NCBI GenBank assembly: GCA_044870155.1
Contig: JBIOYN010000397.1
Span: 1-39,188 of the forward strand
Direction of reading: 5' to 3'
Length of the DNA: 39,188 nt
Source: Acidimicrobiia bacterium
Lineage (GTDB): Bacteria > Actinomycetota > Acidimicrobiia > IMCC26256 > BP-133
In this document: positions 7,529-16,619 of the stretch, piece after piece
How the letters are laid out: each line of letters starts with the position of its first letter
Position numbering within the stretch: the stretch's first letter is position 1
The notes under the pieces: generated by a model
Told to the model about the DNA's origin: nothing
The model's input: only the letters and a program-made list of their open reading frames with translations
Database searches by the model: none
Program-made: the position numbers and the translations under genes

Positions 7529-8742
7529 GACGGCGCTCGTTTCGACGGGACGCCCCGGACACCGGCCCGGCGCTTGACCTCACCGGCCAGGCGGTCGCAA
7601 GCCAGCTGGAGGCGTTCCAGGGGGTGGACGAGGGCGATGCGGACGTAGGGCGCCCCGGCGGGGCCGTAGAGCTCGCCGGGAGACACCAGCGTGCCGGTGG
7701 CGGCCAGCCGGGCGGCGATGGCCCACCCGTCCTCCTCCTCGTCCTTGGAGCGGGCCCACAGGTAGAAGCTCGCCGGGCCCCCGGCCTCGTCCAGGCCGAT
7801 GGAGCGCAGCCGGGAGCGGGCGTAGGCCCGGCGCTCGCCGTACACCAGCTGCTGGAGCTCCACGTGGTCGTCGTCGGCCCAGGCCACGGCGGCGGCGGCC
7901 TGCACCGGCCCGGGCGCCATGGCCCCGGCGTGGGTGCGGACCTGACCGATGTAGCCGACCAGCTCGGGGTCGCCGGTGAAGAAGCCGCTCCGGTACCCGG
8001 CCAGGTTGGAGCGCTTGGACAGGGAGTGGAGGACGAGCACCCCCTCGGGACCGGCGGAGAGGGCGGTGGCCCCGGCCGAGGGCCGGCCGAAGGCGTTGTA
8101 GGTGAACTCCACGTAGCACTCGTCGCTGGCCACCACGATGTCCCGCTGCCGGGCCCACTCGACCGTGGCCACGAGGTCGGCGGTGGTGGCGGCCGATCCC
8201 GTGGGGTTCCCGGGCTCGTTGACCCACAGCAGCAGGGCCCGGGCGGCGTCCTCGGCGGAGACGGCTTCGAGGTCGAGGTGCCAGTCCTTGGTCAGGGGCA
8301 CGGGGACGGCCCGCAACCCGGCCAGGATCGCCCCCATCTCGTAGGTGGGGTAGGACACCGCCGGGTAGAGCACGGTGTCCCGGGCCGGGTTCCGCAGGCG
8401 GAGTACGTGGGGCAGGGACGCCACCAGCTCCTTGGTGCCGGTGCAGGCCACCACGTGGGCGGGGTCCACGGCGATGCCGAAGCGGCGCTCCACCCAGCCC
8501 GCCGCCGCCTCCCGCAGCGGGAGCAGGCCCACCGCCGAGGGGTAGCCGGCCCAGCGGGGGGCGGCTTCGGCCAGGGCGGCGGCCACCGCCGGGGGGACGG
8601 GATCGCACGGGGTGCCCACCGACAGATCGACGATGCCACCTTCGGCCTCGGCGGCCTGACGCTTCAGGTCGTCGAGGCGGGCGTAGGGGTAGGGCGGCGG
8701 CACGAAGCCGCCGGCCGGCGGGGAGGAGGGAGCCGCAGACAT
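7525..8742 (-). CDS. dapC: PLP class I/II aminotransferase, probably N-succinyl-diaminopimelate aminotransferase
   Basis: DLSVGTP, NEPGNPTG, ASDECY, SLSKRSNLAGYRSG. Context with dapD and dapE. Confidence 0.88.
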   Translation of the reverse strand: MSAAPSSPPAGGFVPPPYPYARLDDLKRQAAEAEGGIVDLSVGTPCDPVPPAVAAALAEAAPRWAGYPSAVGLLPLREAAAGWVERRFGIAVDPAHVVACTGTKELVASLPHVLRLRNPARDTVLYPAVSYPTYEMGAILAGLRAVPVPLTKDWHLDLEAVSAEDAARALLLWVNEPGNPTGSAATTADLVATVEWARQRDIVVASDECYVEFTYNAFGRPSAGATALSAGPEGVLVLHSLSKRSNLAGYRSGFFTGDPELVGYIGQVRTHAGAMAPGPVQAAAAVAWADDDHVELQQLVYGERRAYARSRLRSIGLDEAGGPASFYLWARSKDEEEDGWAIAARLAATGTLVSPGELYGPAGAPYVRIALVHPLERLQLACDRLAGEVKRRAGVRGVPSKRAPS

Positions 8743-8755
8743 GGAACCGAAAAGC

Positions 8756-10051
8756 CTAGGCCAAGTACTGCGCGAATCGCTCCACACCCTGTCGGGGCAG
8801 TCGGGCCCGGATGCGGCTCCCGGAGCCGTCGTGGACCTCGACGAGGACCTCGCCCTCCCGGTGAAGGGCGGCGATGACGTCGCCCCGGTCGTAGGGCACC
8901 AGCAGCTCCACCACGGCGTTGAGGGCCCGAAGGCGGGTGGCCAGGGTCTCGAGCAGCTTGTCGGTGCCCTCCCCGGTGACAGCGGAGATGGCCACCGCCC
9001 CGTGGTCGTCCACCAGATCGGCCACCTGCTCGGGCTCGGCCACGTCGACCTTGTTGACCACCATCAGCTCGGGGATCTGGCCGGCGTCGATCTCGGCCAT
9101 GACGGTCCGCACGGCCTGGATCTGGCGGTGCGGGTCGGCGGCCGAGGCGTCGACCACGTGGATGACGAGGTCGGCGTCGCGCACCTCCTCGAGCGTGGAC
9201 CGGAACGACTCCACCAGCTGGTGGGGCAGCTTGCGCACGAACCCCACGGTGTCGGAGACGAGCACCGTCTCCCCACCCGGCATCGCCAGGCGGCGCACGG
9301 TGGAGTCGAGCGTGGAGAACAGCCGGTCCTCCACCAGCACCCCGGCGCCGGTCAGGTGGTTGAGCAGCGTCGACTTGCCGGCGTTGGTGTAGCCCACCAG
9401 CGCCACCTGGGGATGCTCGGCCCGCCGGCGGGCCTTGCGCTGGGTGGTGCGGTTCTTCGCCACCTCTGCCAGCTCCCGCTCCAGCTTGGCGATGCGGGAC
9501 AGGATGCGGCGCCGGTCGACCTCGAGCTTGGTCTCGCCCGGGCCGCGCTTGGCGCCGATGCCGCCCTCCTGGCGGCTCATCTGCAGGCCCCGGCCCCGCA
9601 GGCGGGGCAGCCGGTAGCGGAGCTGGGCCAGCTCCACCTGGAGCATGCCGGCCCGGCTGTGGGCGTGCTGGGCGAAGATGTCGAGGATCACCGCCTCCCG
9701 GTCGACGACGTCCCGTTCGAAGAGCTTCTCCAGGTTGCGCTGCTGGGCGGGCGACAGGTCCACGTCGAAGACGACGACGTCGATGTCGAGGAGTTCGGCC
9801 AGCTCCGCCAGCTCGTGGGCCTTGCCCTTGCCGATGTAGGTGGCGGGGTCGGGAGCCTCCCGGCGCTGGGCGGCGCGCTCCACCGGATCGGCGCCCGCCG
9901 TGTCGGTGAGCAGGGCCAGCTCGTCGAGGGAGGCCTCGGCGTCGTCGGCGGAGTCGCCGTCCACGCCCACCAGCAGGGCGCGCTGGCGGACGACCCCGAG
10001 GTCGGTCTCGGTGGCGGTCAGGCGGCGGCGTTGGCGTCCCGCGGGTGTCAC
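8756..10051 (-). CDS. hflX: Ribosome-splitting GTPase HflX
   Basis: ILDIFAQHA, RGPGETKLE, GYTNAGKST, LFSTLD, DTVGF, NKVD. GTG 10051 overlaps the dapF stop. Confidence 0.97.
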   Translation of the reverse strand: MTPAGRQRRRLTATETDLGVVRQRALLVGVDGDSADDAEASLDELALLTDTAGADPVERAAQRREAPDPATYIGKGKAHELAELAELLDIDVVVFDVDLSPAQQRNLEKLFERDVVDREAVILDIFAQHAHSRAGMLQVELAQLRYRLPRLRGRGLQMSRQEGGIGAKRGPGETKLEVDRRRILSRIAKLERELAEVAKNRTTQRKARRRAEHPQVALVGYTNAGKSTLLNHLTGAGVLVEDRLFSTLDSTVRRLAMPGGETVLVSDTVGFVRKLPHQLVESFRSTLEEVRDADLVIHVVDASAADPHRQIQAVRTVMAEIDAGQIPELMVVNKVDVAEPEQVADLVDDHGAVAISAVTGEGTDKLLETLATRLRALNAVVELLVPYDRGDVIAALHREGEVLVEVHDGSGSRIRARLPRQGVERFAQYLA

Positions 10052-10920
10052 GACCGCTCCTCGAAGCGTTCGAGGTCGACGTCGACGTCGAAGACATGGA
10101 CCACGGGTCCGCCCAGGCGCACGGTGTCGCCCACCTCGACGCTCAGCTCCCCGCCGGGAACGGCCACCACGCACCGGGCCGGGACCAGACCCCGGCGGTG
10201 GGCCACGGCGGCCGCCGCGCAGGCCCCCGAGCCGCACGAGGCGGTCTCCCCGACGCCCCGCTCCCACACCCGCATCTGCAGTCCCCCGGCCCGGAGGGCG
10301 ATCATCTCGACGTTGGTGCGCCGGGGGAAGCGGGCGTCGGTCTCGAGCACCGGGCCGTGGCGCTCCAGGGGCACGGCGGCCGGGTCGTCGACCAGGACCA
10401 CGAAATGGGGGTTGCCGGCGCCGGCGGCGTCACCCCGGTAGACGACGCCGTCGACCTTGGCCTCGAGGTCGAAGGGGTCGACCACGTCGACGGGGATCTC
10501 CCCGGGGACGAAGGTCACCGCTCCCATGTCCACCTCGGCGAAGTCCACGTCACCGGTGCCGGGGCGGCGGGTGAACGTGATCGGGCGGCGCCCGGCGGCG
10601 GTGTCGACCAGCATCCGGCCGCCGGCGCCCAGGCCGGAGGCGGCGGCCACGAAGGCCAGGCAGCGCAGGCCGTTGCCGCTGATCTCCGCCATCCCCCCGT
10701 CGGCGTTGGTCAGCTCCAGGGTGCAGTCGGCACCGTCGAACCCGGGCAGGAGCCGGAGAAAGCCGTCGGCGCCGATCCCCCGGCGGCGGTCGCACAGCGC
10801 CGCCCGCAGCCCGGGCGACAGGCGCGAGGCGCCCACGGGGCCGTAGGCGGCCTCGAGGTCGGCCAGCACCAGGAAGTCGTTGGCGGTGGCGTGGAGCTTG
10901 GAGAGGTGGAGCACGGTCAT
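10048..10920 (-). CDS. dapF: Diaminopimelate epimerase
   Basis: KLHATANDF, LCDRRRGIGADG, EISGNGLRC, GNPHFV, RVWERGVGETASCGSG. The first catalytic position reads Ser (EISGNG) where E. coli has Cys (EMCGNG). Confidence 0.93.
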   Translation of the reverse strand: MTVLHLSKLHATANDFLVLADLEAAYGPVGASRLSPGLRAALCDRRRGIGADGFLRLLPGFDGADCTLELTNADGGMAEISGNGLRCLAFVAAASGLGAGGRMLVDTAAGRRPITFTRRPGTGDVDFAEVDMGAVTFVPGEIPVDVVDPFDLEAKVDGVVYRGDAAGAGNPHFVVLVDDPAAVPLERHGPVLETDARFPRRTNVEMIALRAGGLQMRVWERGVGETASCGSGACAAAAVAHRRGLVPARCVVAVPGGELSVEVGDTVRLGGPVVHVFDVDVDLERFEERS

Positions 10921-11906
10921 GGCTCGTTCCACGTTGCCAGAAGGGCGGGGAGGACGGCGAGCGGATTCTCGGCCGTGCCCAGCCACGTGATGCGCGGGTC
11001 GCGGCGGAACCACATGCGCTGGCGCCGGGCCAGCGCCCGGGTACGGTCCGCGGCCCGGCCCAGGGCCGCCTCCAGGCTCATGCGGCCGTCGAGGTGCTCG
11101 AGGATCTCCTGGTAGCCGATGGCCTGGCGGGCGGTGCGGGACAGGCCGGCGGGACCGGCGGCCAGCCGCCGGACCTCGTCCACCAGCCCCTGACGGGCCA
11201 TGGCCGCCACGCGCTCGGCGATCCGGGCCGAGGTGGCGGGCCGGGGCAGCCACACGCCGATCCGGCGCACCCGCAGCCCGGGGCCGTGAGCGGCAGCAGC
11301 GGCGAACAACCCCGGGCCGAACGACGAGAACGGCCGGCCGGTGGACAGCGTCACCTCCAGTGCCCGGACCACCCGGCGCCGGTTGGCGGGCTCGATGCGC
11401 CCGGCGGCCACGGGATCGAGGCGGGCGAGCTCGGCGTAGAGATCCTCGAGCCCGTCCTCGGCCCGGGCGTCGAGCTCGTCCCACAGCGCCGCGTCGCGCC
11501 CCGGGGGGGTGAGCCCGTCGACCACCGCCTGGTAGTACAGGCCCGTCCCGCCCACCAGCAGCGCCCGATGGCCCCGAGCCTCGATGCCGGCGATGGCCTC
11601 GGCGGCAGCGGCCTGGAAGCTGGTGAGGTCGAACTGCTCGTCGGGGCCGGCGAGGTCGATCAGGTGGTGAGGGACGGCCGCCTGCTCGCCGGGTGTGGGT
11701 TTGGCCGTGCCGATGTCCATCCCCCGGTACACCTGCATCGAATCAACGGAGACGATCTCCACGTCGCCCAGCTCGGCGGCGGCGGCCAGGGCCAGGGCCG
11801 ACTTGCCCGTGGCCGTGGGACCGACCAGGGCCAGGTGCCTGTGCTCATGGCTCCTCGCCTGGCGGCTCATCGCGATGCGGTTGGGGGCCCCTGCCCCAAC
11901 CGCCAC
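10917..11906 (-). CDS. miaA: tRNA dimethylallyltransferase; start is GTG 11906 or ATG 11870
   Basis: GPTATGKS, DSMQVYRGMDIGTAKP, VGGTGLY, RRVVRALEV, QAIGY, ARRQRMWF. Confidence 0.97.
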   Translation of the reverse strand: MAVGAGAPNRIAMSRQARSHEHRHLALVGPTATGKSALALAAAAELGDVEIVSVDSMQVYRGMDIGTAKPTPGEQAAVPHHLIDLAGPDEQFDLTSFQAAAAEAIAGIEARGHRALLVGGTGLYYQAVVDGLTPPGRDAALWDELDARAEDGLEDLYAELARLDPVAAGRIEPANRRRVVRALEVTLSTGRPFSSFGPGLFAAAAAHGPGLRVRRIGVWLPRPATSARIAERVAAMARQGLVDEVRRLAAGPAGLSRTARQAIGYQEILEHLDGRMSLEAALGRAADRTRALARRQRMWFRRDPRITWLGTAENPLAVLPALLATWNEP

Positions 11907-11940
11907 GCCGTGCTCCGCACGTCGGGAGTGTCCTCCCCGC

Positions 11941-13296
11941 TCAAGCGGGCGAGACGGCCAGCGGTGTGCGCAGCGCCGGCGATCCCCGCAGGTAATGGGG
12001 GGCCGCCGCTTCCACCCTGACCTTGGTGAAGGTGCCGGCGAGCGGGGCCGGGTCGGCCGCGAAGTGCACGAGCTTGTTCTGGCGGGTGCGCCCGGTGGTG
12101 AACGCCGGGTCCTTCTTGGATGGTCCCTCGACCAGGACCTCCTCCACGCGGCCGACGCGGGCCTCGTGGCGGCGGAGCGCCGAGCGCTCCACGATCTCGG
12201 TGAGGCGTGACATCCGCTCCCGGGTCACCTCGGCGGGGAGGAACTCGTCGGTCCAGGCGGCGGCCTCGGTACCCGGGCGGGGCGAGAACACGAAGGTGTA
12301 AGCGGCGTCGTAACCCGCCTCCTCCACCACCTCGAGTGTGGCGACGAAATCGTCGTCGGTCTCCCCCGGGAACCCGACGATGAGGTCGGTGGTCACGGCC
12401 AGGTCGGCCACGGCGGCCCGGGCGGCGCTCAGGCGCTCCAGGTACCGGGCGGCGGTGTAACCCCGGTGCATGCGGGCCAGGGTGCGGTCGCTGCCCGCCT
12501 GGAGCGGGAGGTGGAGGTGCTCGCACACCGACTCGCACTCGGCCATGGCGGCGATCGTCTCGGGCCGGAGGTCCTTCGGGTGCGGGGAGGTGAAGCGGAC
12601 GCGGCGGATGCCGGGGACGGCGTCGATGGCCCGGAGCAGATCGGCGAAGCGCGGTCGGTACTGGCCGGCACCCAGGTCCCGGCCGTAGGAGTTGACGTTC
12701 TGGCCGAGGAGGGTGATCTCGGAGACCCCGTCGGCGGCCAGCTCCTCGACCTCCCGGACGACGTCGCCCATGCGCCGGCTCTGCTCCTTGCCCCGCACCG
12801 CGGGCACGATGCAGAAGGCGCACGTGTTGTCGCAGCCGATCTGGATGGTCACCCAGGCCGAGTGGGCCACGTCGCGCCGGGCGGGCAGCGCCGAGGGGAA
12901 GGCCTCGGACTCCTCCAGGATCTCCATCACCGGACCACAGGTCCGGGCCCGCTCGAGAAGCGCCGGCGCGGCGTTGAGGTTGTGGGTACCGAAGACGACG
13001 TCCACGTGGCCGGCCCGGGCCTGGATGAGCTCCCGATCCTTCTGGGCCAGGCAGCCGCCCACCGCGATCTGGAGGTCGGGCCGAGCCGCCTTCAAAGACT
13101 TCAGGTGCCCCAGGAGCCCGTAGAGCTTGTTGTCGGCGTTCTCCCGCACGCAGCACGTGTTGAGGACCACGACGTCCGCCTCCTCAACCGTGCCGGTCTC
13201 CTCGAGGCCCTCGGCCGCCAGCAGGCCGGCCAGACGCTGCGAGTCGTGCTCGTTCATCTGGCAGCCGAAGGTCCGGATGTAGAAGCGCCGGGTCAC
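11941..13296 (-). CDS. miaB: tRNA-2-methylthio-N6-dimethylallyladenosine synthase
   Basis: TFGCQMNEHDS, radical-SAM CDNTCAFC, LLGQNVNSYG, RFTSPHP, C-terminal TRAM domain. GTG 13296 lies 6 nt after TACACT. Confidence 0.97.
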   Translation of the reverse strand: MTRRFYIRTFGCQMNEHDSQRLAGLLAAEGLEETGTVEEADVVVLNTCCVRENADNKLYGLLGHLKSLKAARPDLQIAVGGCLAQKDRELIQARAGHVDVVFGTHNLNAAPALLERARTCGPVMEILEESEAFPSALPARRDVAHSAWVTIQIGCDNTCAFCIVPAVRGKEQSRRMGDVVREVEELAADGVSEITLLGQNVNSYGRDLGAGQYRPRFADLLRAIDAVPGIRRVRFTSPHPKDLRPETIAAMAECESVCEHLHLPLQAGSDRTLARMHRGYTAARYLERLSAARAAVADLAVTTDLIVGFPGETDDDFVATLEVVEEAGYDAAYTFVFSPRPGTEAAAWTDEFLPAEVTRERMSRLTEIVERSALRRHEARVGRVEEVLVEGPSKKDPAFTTGRTRQNKLVHFAADPAPLAGTFTKVRVEAAAPHYLRGSPALRTPLAVSPA

Positions 13297-13359
13297 GACC
13301 TCAGTGTAGGGACTCCCCACCCGGCCGCCGCCGCCGGCCGGGACGGGTCCGGACGCGCA

Positions 13360-13383
13360 GACGCGCCCCCTGCGGGGCGCGTC
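13360..13383 (-). terminator. Hairpin downstream of spoVS
   Basis: GACGCGCCCC-CTGC-GGGGCGCGTC 10-bp perfect stem, no U-tract. Confidence 0.45.
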
Positions 13384-13421
13384 GCCGCGAACCTCGGCCG
13401 GCCCTCACGGGGCCGGGGGGT

Positions 13422-13751
13422 TCAGACTGACAACTTGGACAGGTCGACGGGCACGGTGGCGCCGGGCGTCGGGGCCTGGACGGCGGCCCGGCTCCGGTTC
13501 TCCACCGAGAGGCGGATGGCCGTGCGGCCCTCGCCGGCGATCTCCACGTCGGCGAACGTCGGGATGCACACCAGGTCGATCCCCGACGGCGCCACGTAGC
13601 CCCGGGCGATGGCGATGGCCTTGATCGCCTGGTTCAGGGCGCCGGCTCCGATGACCTGTACCTCCACACTGCCCATCTGACGGACCACACCCGCGAGCGC
13701 ACCGGCCACCGAATTCGGGTTGGACCGGGATGACACCTTGAGGCATTCCAT
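13422..13751 (-). CDS. spoVS: SpoVS-family (Alba-like fold) protein
   Basis: MECLKVSSRSNPNSVAGALAGV...IGAGALNQAIKAIAIARGYVAPSGIDLVCIPTFADVEIAGEGRTAI closely follows Bacillus SpoVS, with an extra C-terminal tail. Confidence 0.95.
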   Translation of the reverse strand: MECLKVSSRSNPNSVAGALAGVVRQMGSVEVQVIGAGALNQAIKAIAIARGYVAPSGIDLVCIPTFADVEIAGEGRTAIRLSVENRSRAAVQAPTPGATVPVDLSKLSV

Positions 13752-13809
13752 GGGCCGAGCCCTTCCTCTGGGGAGCGTGAACCGGGCCTTCCGCCCAGCT
13801 CTTCATCAA

Positions 13810-13837
13810 ACCTTACTCTCCGTCCGTCCCCGGTCAA
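13810..13837 (-). promoter_or_regulatory. Candidate spoVS promoter
   Basis: TTGACC (13837-13832), 16 nt, TAAGGT (13815-13810). Confidence 0.5.
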
Positions 13838-14008
13838 TCCCTCTCCGTCAACCATCGAGGTGGGTCCGGACACCCTCATCGTACGAGGGTTACTGCATGG
13901 TAACACGCGCCAATTCGTTGCTGGGACCAGGATTAACTGCGCCTTAACAGTCTTTTCCACCTGACACAGGAGAAAAACGTCCCAACAGGCAAATCGTGAC
14001 GTACCTCG

Positions 14009-14035
14009 ACGCAGTTTTTCGTACGCAGTTTTTCG
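14009..14035. repeat. Tandem 13-bp direct repeat, period 14
   Basis: ACGCAGTTTTTCG at 14009-14021 and 14023-14035. Confidence 0.85.
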
Positions 14036-14075
14036 GCCGGCGACCCGGGCCTCGGTCGCTCCCCCCGCCATGTTG

Positions 14076-14124
14076 AAAATGGGCGGCCCCGGGAGCGGGT
14101 GGTGGGTCGTCCCGGGGCCGCCCA
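14076..14124 (-). terminator. recA intrinsic terminator
   Basis: 15-bp stem TGGGCGGCCCCGGGA...TCCCGGGGCCGCCCA (14080-14124) just after the recA stop, followed by TTTT on the minus strand. Confidence 0.75.
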
Positions 14125-14129
14125 GGCCT

Positions 14130-16469
14130 TTATGCCTCGGTTACCTCGGCGGCCTCATCTTCCACTTCGGCATCAACGCCGCCAATTCCCGCTTTGTGCA
14201 GGATCTTCTCGGTGATGTCGACCATGAGTTCGGGGCTCTCACCCAGGAACTCCTTGGCCTTCTCCCGCCCCTGCCCCAGCTGCTCGCCCTCGTAGGTGTA
14301 CCAGGCCCCGGACTTCTTCAGAATCCCGAGTTCGACGCCCAGATCGAGCACCGTCCCCTCCCGGCTGATCCCTTTGCCGTAGGTGATGTCGAACTCCGCC
14401 TGGCGGAAAGGAGGAGCGCAGTTCGACACGACGATGTCGTTTGCCACGAAGGTGTGGTCCTCATCGACCTCGAGGTCGTAGATCCGGCGCCACTCAGGTG
14501 GGCTGACCCGCTTGATGCGGTCGTACCAGACGTCCTCACCGAGGACCCCGTACAGAAACTCACTCTCCAGGGCATCAGCCAGGCGCTCGATGTGGTCTCG
14601 TCGAAGGCGACCGCGACCCAGTACCTGTTCCAGGCCCCTGCTCGCTGTCTCCGCCGTTCGTCCCACAAACCGGGCCACGTCGTGCGGCGTCACCCCGAGC
14701 CCACGAAGGTAGGCAAGGATCGGTCCGGTCTGCGACACAGGGAGATACCCCCGCTGAGAGCCCCGATGCTTGGCCAGGGCGGGGTCGGCAAGCTCTTCGA
14801 GCAATCGCCTACCTCGAGGCCCCCACATGGGGATTGTCTCCGAGAAACGGATGACGTTCTCGATGCCGCTCGTCCGCACCTCCCAGGCCGGCAGCTTCCC
14901 ATGCACGCGACGACCGTTGATGAGACTGGGCCGCTTTGCCGTCGGGTCGTACACCCGGACGGAACTTCCGATACCGAAACGCAGGAGCAGCCAGTGCATT
15001 TGATGCGCGAGTTGCTGAGACGTGGTGGTGAAGCCCAGCCGGATCCCGCCGGTCTGCTCGCGACTGACGTGCCCGTCGCTTTCGAAGAGGCCGAACACGA
15101 GATTCGAAAGGACTTCTCCAGACACGTCAGGGGTGAGCAGGCTGGCGGGAAGCCGCTTCGCCGGGGCGAGATGACCCCAGATACCCGCCCACCGGGCAAG
15201 AGCGAGCACGCCGTTCTTTTCACCGGGACGGTGCGAGAAGCTGGTTTCGATGCCATCCCGGTGGGCCGTGCAACCCAGGGAGGCGGCGATGCCGATGGCG
15301 TCTTCCTGAAGTTCTTCGGCGGTGTTGATGAAGGCGATGGGCGTCTTGCCACCGACATAACCGTCGCCAATCAGATAGCCGAGCAACCGGGCGTGGTCTG
15401 GAGAGATCGGCTGCGACGTGCCGAAACCATGGATCTGGCGCGGCCGGGCCAACGTGTCGCCCACGGTGAGACTTCCCGCTTCCTGCCATCCCTTCTCCGT
15501 CAGCACTTTGTGGTCTGGCGTCACCCAGAGGGCGGTCCCATCTCCGAGGTGTAGCCCGATGACCTCCGCTTCCCCCTGGTCGAAGCGCTGCACGATCGGT
15601 CGGATGCCCAACTTCCCGGCTTTGTCAGCTGATACCACGCAAATGCCTTCGCCCTTCTCGACGACGTCTTCGATCAGATGGGTCAGCCCCGTCACCGGGT
15701 CGAAGACAGTCGTGCCGGCAGCGACGCACTTGTTCTTCACCACCTTCACCCGAGTGCGGTTCCCGACCACCTCGAGGCCGTCCTTGATGCTCTCGATCCG
15801 GCGGATGTCGAGCCGCACCGACGAGTAGAACTTCAGCGCCCGCCCGCCAGGGGTGGTCTCCGGGGACCCGAACATCACGCCGATCTTCTCCCGGAGCTGG
15901 TTGATGAAGACGGCGATCGTGTTCGACCGGTTGAGGTTGGCGGTCAGCTTGCGCAGCGCCTGGCTCATGAGCCGGGCCTGGAGGCCGACGTGGGAGTCCC
16001 CCATCTCGCCTTCGATCTCGGCCCGGGGGACGAGGGCGGCCACCGAGTCGATGACGATGACATCGAGGGCGCCGGAGCGGATCAGCATGTCGGCGATCTC
16101 GAGGGCCTGCTCCCCCGTGTCGGGCTGGGAGATGAGCAGGTCGTCGATGTTGACGCCGATGGCCTTGGCGTAGACCGGATCCATGGCGTGCTCGGCGTCG
16201 ATGTAGGCGCACTGTCCGCCGTTGCGCTGCGCCTCGGCCACCACGTGCATGGCCAGCGTGGACTTCCCCGAGGACTCCGGACCGTAGATCTCCACGATCC
16301 GGCCCCGCGGGAGCCCTCCCACCCCGAGGGCCACGTCGAGTGAGAGGGCTCCCGTCGAGATCGTCTCCACCCGCATGTGGGCGTTCTCGCCCAACCTCAT
16401 GATCGAACCCTTGCCGAACTGCTTCTCGATCTGGCCGAGGGCCATCTCGAGGGCCTTGTCACGCTCCAC
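14130..16469 (-). CDS. recA: Recombinase RecA precursor with intein (779 aa; about 343 aa after splicing)
   Basis: [56 protein letters not shown]/intein/[18 protein letters not shown] precedes GTG 16469. Confidence 0.99.
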   Translation of the reverse strand: MERDKALEMALGQIEKQFGKGSIMRLGENAHMRVETISTGALSLDVALGVGGLPRGRIVEIYGPESSGKSTLAMHVVAEAQRNGGQCAYIDAEHAMDPVYAKAIGVNIDDLLISQPDTGEQALEIADMLIRSGALDVIVIDSVAALVPRAEIEGEMGDSHVGLQARLMSQALRKLTANLNRSNTIAVFINQLREKIGVMFGSPETTPGGRALKFYSSVRLDIRRIESIKDGLEVVGNRTRVKVVKNKCVAAGTTVFDPVTGLTHLIEDVVEKGEGICVVSADKAGKLGIRPIVQRFDQGEAEVIGLHLGDGTALWVTPDHKVLTEKGWQEAGSLTVGDTLARPRQIHGFGTSQPISPDHARLLGYLIGDGYVGGKTPIAFINTAEELQEDAIGIAASLGCTAHRDGIETSFSHRPGEKNGVLALARWAGIWGHLAPAKRLPASLLTPDVSGEVLSNLVFGLFESDGHVSREQTGGIRLGFTTTSQQLAHQMHWLLLRFGIGSSVRVYDPTAKRPSLINGRRVHGKLPAWEVRTSGIENVIRFSETIPMWGPRGRRLLEELADPALAKHRGSQRGYLPVSQTGPILAYLRGLGVTPHDVARFVGRTAETASRGLEQVLGRGRLRRDHIERLADALESEFLYGVLGEDVWYDRIKRVSPPEWRRIYDLEVDEDHTFVANDIVVSNCAPPFRQAEFDITYGKGISREGTVLDLGVELGILKKSGAWYTYEGEQLGQGREKAKEFLGESPELMVDITEKILHKAGIGGVDAEVEDEAAEVTEA
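14421..15728 (-). mobile_element. RecA-a site intein with LAGLIDADG endonuclease (436 aa)
   Basis: Block [12 protein letters not shown], block [17 protein letters not shown] and [10 protein letters not shown] motifs, block [16 protein letters not shown]-terminus IVVSN, +1 Cys. Many A/T-ending codons compared with the flanks. Confidence 0.97.
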
Positions 16470-16523
16470 TGCGCATCCTCCTGGACTCGGGCGATTCATC
16501 TGCGGGGGAAGCTCGTCGGAGGC

Positions 16524-16545
16524 AGCGTACCGACCGGGTGAGACA
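16524..16545 (-). promoter_or_regulatory. Candidate LexA-independent (RecA-NDp/PafBC-like) proximal recA promoter
   Basis: TGTC (16545-16542), 12 nt, TACGCT (16529-16524). Spacing matches TGTCRG-N10-TAnnnT, but the RG positions read TC. Confidence 0.45.
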
Positions 16546-16579
16546 GTATTGCACCCGTGGAATTACTCCGATGCAACAA

Positions 16580-16608
16580 ATCCTAGAACGAACGGCTGTT
16601 CGGTACAA
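16580..16608 (-). promoter_or_regulatory. LexA-repressed distal recA promoter with a perfect SOS box
   Basis: TTGTAC (16608-16603), 17 nt, TAGGAT (16585-16580). CGAAC-N4-GTTCG (16589-16602) sits in the spacer. Confidence 0.9.
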
Positions 16609-16619
16609 GGAATGCCGGC

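Noticed and set aside
11867-11920. Short ORF between miaB and miaA ending in an ATGA overlap
   Set aside because: Equally explained by miaA starting at GTG 11906 with a GGAG SD, and there is no independent promoter signal.
13983-14040. GGCAAA...GACGCA resembling a c-di-GMP-I riboswitch
   Set aside because: No GNRA-capped P2 or P3 receptor, and it lies on the strand opposite spoVS.
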